Positions 54,928 to 62,909 of a stretch of DNA of 64,000 nucleotides are shown here, in pieces; positions within the stretch are counted from its first letter, which is position 1, and every line of letters starts with the position of its first letter. Below the pieces are notes generated by a model that worked only from the letters and a program-made list of their open reading frames with translations, had not been told where the DNA came from and made no database searches. Made by a program: the position numbers and the translations under genes. The DNA is from an uncultured bacterium (GTDB lineage: Bacteria > Patescibacteriota > Minisyncoccia > Moranbacterales > GWC2-37-73): positions 3,926 through 67,925 of the forward strand of contig CAISKQ010000035.1 in NCBI GenBank assembly GCA_903885965.1, read 5' to 3'.

Positions 54928-56373
54928 TTAAGCTATTTTTTCTCCATATAATCTTCGTAGCACTGCCAAATTTATCCAGAAAAATATTCCCAGCAGGTTG
55001 GCTTCCAAATATGGTTGAAACATGAAAGCCACAAATTGAAAGACTAAGATACCAAGACTCGCATATGCCGCAATTTGAAAAGTCTCATCTTTGAAACTAT
55101 ATTTAAAGACATTCCAACTCAAAAACACTAAGATTGTCAGGATCATTGAAAGTCCAAAAATACCCATCTGTACAAGTAGTACCAAAAATGAATTATGAAT
55201 ATTGCGAACCTCAACAAAATCCCGATAAGACCCAATCTCTACCGACACACTTTGACCAAAACCAATTCCGAGAACTGGGCTTTCTGCATATTTTTTGATA
55301 GCTGACTGCCATACTGCTCCTCTCCAAAAGATGCTTTCGTCACCGTTAGTGTTGGTAATTGATGTTACTCGTTTGCTAAGCATATTTGCTCCGCTACTAA
55401 GATTTTCATAAAAAGAAGATCGAGGAAACAAAAGCACCACGTACGTCACGATGATGGCAAGGATAATGAGAATTACGCCATACGAATATGCATAACGTTT
55501 CAGTTTCTCTTTTTGCGTTGATCCAAAAAGCACAATTACGCCAATGACTGAAACAAGTAAGCTAATCCAGAGATGTCTCATCATGGAGCCAATAATGCCG
55601 ATTGTCCAGATTGGCATCAGCACCAGCAGCCATCTTGAGAATGTGTCCTTCTTATGCGCAAGATAAATAAGCGCCAAGATAAGTGTCATTGAGAGATAGA
55701 ATCCATGCGTAAAGGCAAGCGTTCTGATTCCATCGGTAGAAAGTGGCGTAAAATCTGACCAAAGACCGTGCCTGACCGCTATGCCATAGACCACAAACCA
55801 AATTATTGCGATTGCTCCAGCAAAAATTGCACTGCCAAGTTCAACTAGGCGCTGCCTTGAATCAATTAAGATGAACACCACAAAATACAGCAATGAGTAA
55901 AAGGCATAATTTTTTGCACTACTGAAAGCCAGGGAAATATTCCCACTACTAAATAGAAGATTTCCAACAAAGTATGCCATCGAAAGAAAAATAAACAGCC
56001 CGGCAACAATATCAATCTTTTTCCAAACAATTTTTAGGTTGCCAGTAGCTATTTGAAAAATCATCCCAGCTATCACCCCGCAAAAAAGTACATCAATTGG
56101 ATAAAGCTTATATTCACTTCTTCCCATCGCAACGGGAACCAATGTGTAAAATCTTTCAAAAACGAAGGTCAAAAATATCATCGCATATAGCCCTGCTCGC
56201 GGATAAGCCAAAGCAACACCTGCCCCAACCAACATAGTAATCACATAGAGTGGCAAATTGAACCCGAAAAAATAATTCACGATTGCAAAAAGTGAAGAAA
56301 ACGCAACAACAAATATCGCGTAAATTATGTCTAGTGGAATTTTGTCAGTTAAGTGATTTTTCATATAGGTCAT
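54928..56373 (-). CDS. O-antigen ligase / Wzy-like polymerase family membrane protein
   Basis: At least 10 predicted TM helices with a central periplasmic loop, typical of the WaaL/Wzy family. Confidence 0.6.
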   Translation of the reverse strand: MTYMKNHLTDKIPLDIIYAIFVVAFSSLFAIVNYFFGFNLPLYVITMLVGAGVALAYPRAGLYAMIFLTFVFERFYTLVPVAMGRSEYKLYPIDVLFCGVIAGMIFQIATGNLKIVWKKIDIVAGLFIFLSMAYFVGNLLFSSGNISLAFSSAKNYAFYSLLYFVVFILIDSRQRLVELGSAIFAGAIAIIWFVVYGIAVRHGLWSDFTPLSTDGIRTLAFTHGFYLSMTLILALIYLAHKKDTFSRWLLVLMPIWTIGIIGSMMRHLWISLLVSVIGVIVLFGSTQKEKLKRYAYSYGVILIILAIIVTYVVLLFPRSSFYENLSSGANMLSKRVTSITNTNGDESIFWRGAVWQSAIKKYAESPVLGIGFGQSVSVEIGSYRDFVEVRNIHNSFLVLLVQMGIFGLSMILTILVFLSWNVFKYSFKDETFQIAAYASLGILVFQFVAFMFQPYLEANLLGIFFWINLAVLRRLYGEKIA

Positions 56374-56589
56374 ACACTATTAATATATAATTTCTAATTT
56401 TCAATCATATCCCAATGTCAACATTTTAAATTGTTGAACTATTAGAAGCTCATTGCAAATTATTAATCCATTATCAGCTGATAAATGGAAATTTATCAAT
56501 CTGGCAACCCTAGAATTTGAGTCATCTTAGGCATATTTGCCTAAACATAGCAAATATCAGAATATTTGAGATGACCATCAATTATAGCA

Positions 56590-56642
56590 TAGTTTAATAA
56601 AAATGTAAAGCCCCCAAGTCACTAGTGTGATTCGGGGGCTTT
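56590..56642 (-). terminator. Rho-independent terminator after the first island gene (AGCCCCC / GGGGGCT stem + TTTACATTTTTATT on the minus strand)
   Basis: 7 bp GC stem, 18 nt loop, T-rich tail on the minus strand. Confidence 0.5.
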
Positions 56643-56675
56643 GTTGTGGCGATTTACGCCGGGTTAGCAAAGAAC

Positions 56676-57545
56676 TTACTTTTTAGCAGGCGGAACTGAT
56701 GCACTAGACTTAGTATCAATTTTTTTCTCGATACTGTCGAGCTTGTCATGCACCGTTGATCTGCCATCTTTTGGATCACTAAGGGATTTGTGAACTTTCT
56801 TCACAACAAGGTGTGCCTCCTTGACAATCACCAATGTTTTCCTTGCTTTCTGATGCAAGGTTTTTTCATCCGCAGGGTCATCCTCACTTGGACGACCGAT
56901 TGAATTCATAACCTCCTCACAAGGTCCATCCTTCTTGATCACTTTAGGATAATGCGCTGGGACAACCGAATGACGAGAATCTTCAATGTTGGCTCTCTGT
57001 CTCTTTAAATGCACTGCCCGCTCATCGTCGCAATCACTATTGTCAATAGGTGACTCTGGTGAGTCGCCTGTGCCAGTGTAAACAAACATCGCACCACCAG
57101 AATTGGCGATGCTAGATGTTTTAAAACTCATGCCCATTTTAATTTTACCTGCAGTCCTGATTTTGCAATCAGGAACCCCTAGCCAGGCACTGGAGTTTTC
57201 CTCCTTTGTAAAATTAAGGCATGTGGCCCCATTCTGCAAGCCAAACTCATCCAGCTTGAATTTCAAGACGGCGCTATTTGTGCCGTCGGTTACTTCGAAT
57301 GGCATCACTGTTATTATTCGTTGCGCCGTGCTTCTCAGCCTATCCGGGCAATACTGCTGCAAGACAAGCCGGTCAATCGGTGACGAGCAATTCGTTTTGT
57401 CAACCAAAATGGTGACATCCCCGTGTCCTTCAGACGTAACCACCATCTTGTGTAATGTCGGAAATGGCACTGCGAGGGCCGCCGAACTTATCAATGTTAA
57501 TGCAAATAATGCAATCATCGATAATGACTTTGTAGACTTTCTCAT
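56676..57545 (-). CDS. Secreted hypothetical protein (compositional island gene 3 of 3)
   Basis: Signal peptide 'MIALFALTLISSAALA'. Cys-containing and no domain recognised. The local GC content is clearly higher (about 46%) than the window average (about 35%). Confidence 0.4.
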   Translation of the reverse strand: MRKSTKSLSMIALFALTLISSAALAVPFPTLHKMVVTSEGHGDVTILVDKTNCSSPIDRLVLQQYCPDRLRSTAQRIITVMPFEVTDGTNSAVLKFKLDEFGLQNGATCLNFTKEENSSAWLGVPDCKIRTAGKIKMGMSFKTSSIANSGGAMFVYTGTGDSPESPIDNSDCDDERAVHLKRQRANIEDSRHSVVPAHYPKVIKKDGPCEEVMNSIGRPSEDDPADEKTLHQKARKTLVIVKEAHLVVKKVHKSLSDPKDGRSTVHDKLDSIEKKIDTKSSASVPPAKK

Positions 57546-57625
57546 TTTTTCTCTCCTTGTTTTTGTTTAGTGCTTGATTTTTTGTTACAAGCACTAAACG
57601 GTTAACGTTACCTTTCCTTAATTCT

Positions 57626-58807
57626 CTACTCTTGATCAAGTGGCATTTTTGCAATCGTGACCACATCTTCTTTTGCACCAGGCAAAGTCCGATAAGATCC
57701 ATCACTGGATTTTTCAACCTTTAATTCCTCTGATGCAGAAGCAGTTGTGATTCCTCCTTTCCACTTAACTGCTTCTTCTCTTCTGTCAGCGTCAAACTTG
57801 CGAAGGTTGTCACTAACGTTGTAACCAAGACATATTCCGATAAATGGCCCACCAGCTGCAAATATTGAGCTAGCGCTTAAGCTAAAATTTCTATAGCCAA
57901 GAACAATTTGTGGCCCAACCCCGATAATAGGTTTACCATCAGAAATATTAAATGATAATACGCCACCACCCTTACCTAGGAAGTCAGGCGTGAAACGATG
58001 TTCGCCCATCGCTGCAAATGCTAAGTATGAATCCTTTGGAAAATACTGCCCATCAGCAGTAATAATGATTACATCTCGGCTATTCAACGAATGAGTAAAC
58101 TGCAGGTATGCGCCAGGCATAAAGCCACTCCGACTATTGTCAGTTATCCCAAACCGATAGAGCATTCTCATTTTAACAAGAATGTCATCTGATGGAGTGA
58201 AAGCTCGATAATAATCAAGGTTGACTCCTGGGGCAACATATCCCCAATGCCATGTGCCGCCTTTAGTTCCTCCGTAGTCAGTTCGCACCGTTGGACCATA
58301 CCCAAGGTTTTCAGCGTCTTCAAGACGCGTCAACCAATGAGTCATCTCTGAAAGAGTCCAAAAGCCACTAGACCCAGCTCCCATAGCATGCCATGCACCT
58401 GTGTAAACACTGTACTCGTTAAAGGATGCCTTAAACGAGTGATCAGGCCTTTCGGAAGGCGGAATTCCAGCTGGATGCTGGCTAACGATTGCATGTGCTA
58501 ACTCAGCCTCAACCGTTGGCACCCTTAGCTTCTTAACCGCCTCGGGTTGAGCTACAGTTGTTTGAACATTCTGCTCGCGAAATTTTTCTGGCAGAACCTT
58601 TACAGTGGCGGTAGCACATGGAACCTCAGCTTTTCCAAAAGCCGCTTCTCTGCGAGCTTTCAAAATGCGATACGTATACTCCGTATCTGAGTTGACCGTC
58701 CCAACTCCTGAGATGGTCGCCTTATTTTCCCTAGCATTTGCAGGCAAATTGCCAGCACACACCAGGAGCAAAAGCAATGAAATAGTTGTTATCCTGATGT
58801 TTTTCAT
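57626..58807 (-). CDS. Secreted hypothetical protein with amphipathic beta-strand-like C-terminal segments (island gene 2 of 3)
   Basis: Signal peptide 'LLLLLVCAGNLPANA'. Alternating hydrophobic patterns such as 'IIGVGPQIVLGY' and 'FIGICLGYNV'. Overlaps the upstream gene by 4 nt (ATGA). Confidence 0.4.
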   Translation of the reverse strand: MKNIRITTISLLLLLVCAGNLPANARENKATISGVGTVNSDTEYTYRILKARREAAFGKAEVPCATATVKVLPEKFREQNVQTTVAQPEAVKKLRVPTVEAELAHAIVSQHPAGIPPSERPDHSFKASFNEYSVYTGAWHAMGAGSSGFWTLSEMTHWLTRLEDAENLGYGPTVRTDYGGTKGGTWHWGYVAPGVNLDYYRAFTPSDDILVKMRMLYRFGITDNSRSGFMPGAYLQFTHSLNSRDVIIITADGQYFPKDSYLAFAAMGEHRFTPDFLGKGGGVLSFNISDGKPIIGVGPQIVLGYRNFSLSASSIFAAGGPFIGICLGYNVSDNLRKFDADRREEAVKWKGGITTASASEELKVEKSSDGSYRTLPGAKEDVVTIAKMPLDQE

Positions 58808-59715
58808 TTTTCTCCTTGTTTTCTTGATTGTTGTGCAATAACATTTTCTTCATTGAGTTGACGAATCACTTCGAGACGAAGTGCGCCAGTAAAACCACTA
58901 ATCTCACCCATCATGGCGCGATTAGGAATTTCTGAAAGATAATCCCACCCCTGAGATTTTGAAAAACCACCCTCAAGAATTGCCATGCCGATGCTCCAAA
59001 GAGTTGCCGGACTAGCACTAATTGTGATGTTGTTCTTCAGAATAATTTTGCCAAGCAAACCATAGCCGGGATTAATCCTAGCGATACGCTTGATAAAATC
59101 ATCACCGTAGGGCGTGAGGATGTCACCCTCATCTGTCCCGCACGGATGCCACTTGAGAATGCTATTCGCGAAACCAATCAGTTGCCTGCGGCTTCCAACT
59201 CGGCTGCCGTATTGCGCAATGATTTCGTTTTGATATTGCTCATCATTCTTAAACTTGGCAGTATCAATTTGAAAACATCCCCCTTCCAAGTTTCCAACAT
59301 AACCTCCAACGGATGAGAGGAATATAACCTTAGCATCCTTGACAATTTTTTTGTCGCCTTCAACTATGATGGCAAACATATACTCACCGGTTTTGTACAT
59401 CCCAATGAGCACAAACTGTGCGAAGATTTTTTGTCCATTTGGAAGCATCGCCAAACCGTTCCAGCGCAATCTTCCCGGATACATTTCGGCATTGACGCAC
59501 CGATCCGCAATTGGACCTTCCACAACTGTCACATTTCCAGAGGAAATATTTTCAGTCGCTTGAACACCAATTGATTGGACTGGTTTGACCAACAAGTCCA
59601 TTGGCTCTCCTTTTGAATTGAGAACACCTTTTACAACCAAGTTCTGCTTAGCCATTCCAGATGCTGGAAGCATCAGGAGGCCTAGCAAAAAGATAAAGAA
59701 AAATGAATTTCTCAT
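58804..59715 (-). CDS. Secreted hypothetical protein (island gene 1 of 3)
   Basis: Signal peptide 'FFFIFLLGLLMLPASGMA'; no domain recognised. Confidence 0.4.
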   Translation of the reverse strand: MRNSFFFIFLLGLLMLPASGMAKQNLVVKGVLNSKGEPMDLLVKPVQSIGVQATENISSGNVTVVEGPIADRCVNAEMYPGRLRWNGLAMLPNGQKIFAQFVLIGMYKTGEYMFAIIVEGDKKIVKDAKVIFLSSVGGYVGNLEGGCFQIDTAKFKNDEQYQNEIIAQYGSRVGSRRQLIGFANSILKWHPCGTDEGDILTPYGDDFIKRIARINPGYGLLGKIILKNNITISASPATLWSIGMAILEGGFSKSQGWDYLSEIPNRAMMGEISGFTGALRLEVIRQLNEENVIAQQSRKQGEK

Positions 59716-59885
59716 CGTATAACTCCCTTAATTTAATCCTAATTAATTTTTCAAGATAACAATTAAACCCAAAACAATTTCGAGTTTATTTGGGAGCTTA
59801 TGCTGTATTACCAGGATAAGCTCCTCGATCTACTCAAAAATTCAAATATATTTAATGCTCGTCTTTTGACAGAAGCAAGACTCCC

Positions 59886-60611
59886 TTAATACTCTTCGTC
59901 ATTCATAAAATTTCCAGATAATTCCATTCGATTCGGTGTAGAATAATTTTTCTGAACTTCCGGCTTGATAGTCAGTGTATTGCTCGAAAAAATATCTTTC
60001 TTTCTTCGGTTTTCTTTTGTCACAATCCAAAGCACACTCAGCATTGCACCCAGAATAAATCCACCAGCTGAAACTGCAAAGATATTTCCGACTGTTGGAT
60101 TCTTTTCAAGCACGGGACCTGAAAGAACCTTCACATCGATACTTTGTCCTTCCCCACGAAACAAACTATTTTTAGTAGTAAGTACTTGCTCCACAGCCTG
60201 TGAAGTAGCTAAAGATGTTTGTTGATTATTATCAAAGACTTCAACGGTTATGATTCCCAAATCTGGATTACGCCTGACTTGAATCATATCACTCCATTGT
60301 TTAAGTTTTTCCTTTTTGTCAAAGGGTAGAAATTCCGAATTGACTTTTCCAGTTTTCACCATCTCATTGATGAAGAGTTCACTGTAAATTCCCTCATTTA
60401 AAATGCGTCCAATATATTCTGCTGATTTTGAAAGGGTATAAAAATCCTGTGATCCGCTTTGATTTTGAACAATTAAATAATCCGAGCTCACCTTAAAACT
60501 TTTCTCCTTTGTTATAAGCGCGAAAAATGAAAGCGCACCTACAAGAAGACCGGCCAAAACAATGGTTCCGGCTTTTTTCTTTATTAAAGCCAATATTTGG
60601 TTATTTTTCAT
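59886..60611 (-). CDS. Wzz-like chain-length-determinant-like bitopic membrane protein (second)
   Basis: N-terminal TM 'IVLAGLLVGALSFFALI', periplasmic segment, C-terminal TM 'GGFILGAMLSVLWIV' then 'KENRRKKD'. Confidence 0.4.
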   Translation of the reverse strand: MKNNQILALIKKKAGTIVLAGLLVGALSFFALITKEKSFKVSSDYLIVQNQSGSQDFYTLSKSAEYIGRILNEGIYSELFINEMVKTGKVNSEFLPFDKKEKLKQWSDMIQVRRNPDLGIITVEVFDNNQQTSLATSQAVEQVLTTKNSLFRGEGQSIDVKVLSGPVLEKNPTVGNIFAVSAGGFILGAMLSVLWIVTKENRRKKDIFSSNTLTIKPEVQKNYSTPNRMELSGNFMNDEEY

Positions 60612-60805
60612 GCATTTTTATCTAAATAATAATCAACTTATTATATTAGCGCAAAAATCAATTTTTGTCAAGCTACATCTTAACAGGTCGACTTATGGCA
60701 GATTCATTGTGGCAATTCAACTAGCAATTAATCTCCTCAAAATAATATCAATGAACAAATATATAAACTTACCTTTGCTAAAGTTGTAACTTTGGTGGTT
60801 ATCAT

Positions 60806-60845
60806 AATTAATTAATTTAAAAAAATCCCGCATCGCAGGATTTTT
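60806..60845 (-). terminator. Terminator hairpin after the HtrA-like gene (AATCCTGC-gat-GCGGGATT + TTTTTTAAATT on the minus strand)
   Basis: 8 bp stem with one G-U pair when read on the minus strand. Confidence 0.45.
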
Positions 60846-60866
60846 GTAGGTAACTTTTCTTGGTTC

Positions 60867-62036
60867 CTATAACTTTACGGGAATTTTAATTTCATTTCCC
60901 GCTCTTTGTATGGTCAATTCAATGTTGTCACCTTTTTGATATTGATTGATCAGGTTTGAAAGTGGATTATTGATATCAACTTCTTTGCCATTAACTGCTG
61001 TAATAATATCGTTTATCTTAAGTCCTGCATTTTCGGCTGGAGAATTTGCAATGATTGCTAATCCTTGTTTTCCGGATGGAGAATAAATAAGCGCGCCACG
61101 ATCACGACTAAGACTGTTGACCAGTGCATACTCCTTAGATATTGAAACATAATAAAATCCGGTAAATGGCCTAGCATCGAATTTCCCATCAAGCGCAAAC
61201 TTGATGGATTCCTGGACTTCATTTGCAGGAATTTGGAAAAAATGATCTTGACCATCCATTGTAACTTTGCCAACAATGCCAATTAGCTCGCCATTATAGT
61301 TGATGATTGGCCCTCCTAAATATTTACTTTGATTATTGAAATCCATCTCGAAAACACCTTCATATTTTTCAGTAGAAGCAACAGCCAGACCATCAAGATT
61401 GAATGTTTTATTGATATTACTCAATAGACCAATCGCGAAACGATTCTGATATTCTCCGAAAGTATTGCCAATTGCAACTAATTTTTTCCCTGGCTGCACC
61501 GACGATGAATCACCAAAAGAGATTGCTGTCAGATTTGGAGCACTAACCTTCAGATAAGCAAGGTCAGTGAAACTATCTATTCCAAGCAAGGTAGCATCGT
61601 AGTAACTTCCGTCATATGTAGATATTTTGTAAGTCGCATCTTTTTCAATAATAGCTCCTCGATAAGTAACAATTGTTCCATCACTAGTAATAATTACACC
61701 GGTCCCGGTCTTATCTACCTGTTTTGTCAATTTAGACACGGAATCTTTTTGACTTGCCAGTGAAACGATGTTAACAGTAGCATTTGAGGCTTGCGAAGAA
61801 ATTTCATTTACCGATTCACCATCCTTTATTGTTATTTGCTCTGTTGTTTTAATTACCGTCACATTTTCGCCAATATGTTTGAGGAAGTCAATTTTTGAAA
61901 GATATCTATTAGTGCGCATGAATGGTAATACTTTTTGATCAAAATATACACCACCAGCACCCCCTATAATAAAAATGACAAACACAATCATTATCACCTT
62001 TAATACTTTCCCCGCCTTTATTTGGCTTATTTTCAT
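60867..62036 (-). CDS. HtrA/DegP-family (S1C) trypsin-like fold protein with PDZ domain; His and Ser of the catalytic triad substituted, so likely a pseudoprotease
   Basis: Aligned by eye to E. coli DegP. 'GTIVTYRGAI' replaces the His-containing 'GYVVTNNHVV'. 'DLAYLKV' retains the Asp. 'KYLGGPIINYNGELIGIV' replaces the Ser-containing 'GNSGGALVNLNGELIGI'. The PDZ domain is 'GLKINDIITAVNGKEV'. Confidence 0.6.
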   Translation of the reverse strand: MKISQIKAGKVLKVIMIVFVIFIIGGAGGVYFDQKVLPFMRTNRYLSKIDFLKHIGENVTVIKTTEQITIKDGESVNEISSQASNATVNIVSLASQKDSVSKLTKQVDKTGTGVIITSDGTIVTYRGAIIEKDATYKISTYDGSYYDATLLGIDSFTDLAYLKVSAPNLTAISFGDSSSVQPGKKLVAIGNTFGEYQNRFAIGLLSNINKTFNLDGLAVASTEKYEGVFEMDFNNQSKYLGGPIINYNGELIGIVGKVTMDGQDHFFQIPANEVQESIKFALDGKFDARPFTGFYYVSISKEYALVNSLSRDRGALIYSPSGKQGLAIIANSPAENAGLKINDIITAVNGKEVDINNPLSNLINQYQKGDNIELTIQRAGNEIKIPVKL

Positions 62037-62071
62037 ATATTTTACTATCTAAGAAGATTAAATTGCTTAAA

Positions 62072-62848
62072 TTATACAGCTGGAAACCATCTAGTGCTTG
62101 ACAATACCATCATCACGATAATACCCAAGAAGACCATATTAGCAACAATTCGTCTTTTTGACAATTTTTGCAGAAAATGGCATTGGATGATATCCCAAAA
62201 AACAAAGTACAAAACAAGCCCCGCAACACTAGTTGTTAAATATCCGAAAGGCCAAAAGCTTAGCACCCAGAAAATTTCCGTCATAATAAATCCCAAAATC
62301 AAACCGTAACTCAGAACCAGCATCTTATTTTCACAAACAAACAAAAGGTATTGAAAACTAATTAATGTCGTAATTACCATAATAGTTGCCATCAGAAACC
62401 ACAACGAAATTGCAAAGTTCAAATATATTCCATATGCTACACTATACAACAAAAAGATTGTAGCAATGCTCCCGGCGCTCATAACCCCGAGAGCGGTTTG
62501 ATCTTTCTTGCATGAACGCAAGCGATAAATGGCCAAGTGTATCAAATAATAAACAAAAGTACAAATTACGATAAAGCAATTTTGTTGCCAATGTGTTTGA
62601 ATAAAGTATAGTAATCCAAATGATCCCACTACAAACAAAACTGGTATCAGGGTCATATTGGAATTTCTGGATATTTTCTTTGAAACTTGATAGAAATACA
62701 CGAGCAATCCCAGAAAAATCAACACCGTAAAAAAGATGCTTTTATCTGACAAAAAAGCTAATTCGGAGCTAATGAAATCAATTGAGACAAATTCCAGTAC
62801 TCCTAAAAATATCAAGCTGTATAAGAATATCCTTACGTGAAAAAACAT
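62072..62848 (-). CDS. Hypothetical polytopic membrane protein
   Basis: About 8 hydrophobic helices; no domain recognised. Confidence 0.4.
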   Translation of the reverse strand: MFFHVRIFLYSLIFLGVLEFVSIDFISSELAFLSDKSIFFTVLIFLGLLVYFYQVSKKISRNSNMTLIPVLFVVGSFGLLYFIQTHWQQNCFIVICTFVYYLIHLAIYRLRSCKKDQTALGVMSAGSIATIFLLYSVAYGIYLNFAISLWFLMATIMVITTLISFQYLLFVCENKMLVLSYGLILGFIMTEIFWVLSFWPFGYLTTSVAGLVLYFVFWDIIQCHFLQKLSKRRIVANMVFLGIIVMMVLSSTRWFPAV

Positions 62849-62909
62849 TTTGCATTTTTAACTAAATTTAATTTAACACTGCTACCTTGATAATATAGCA
62901 GAAATTTAG

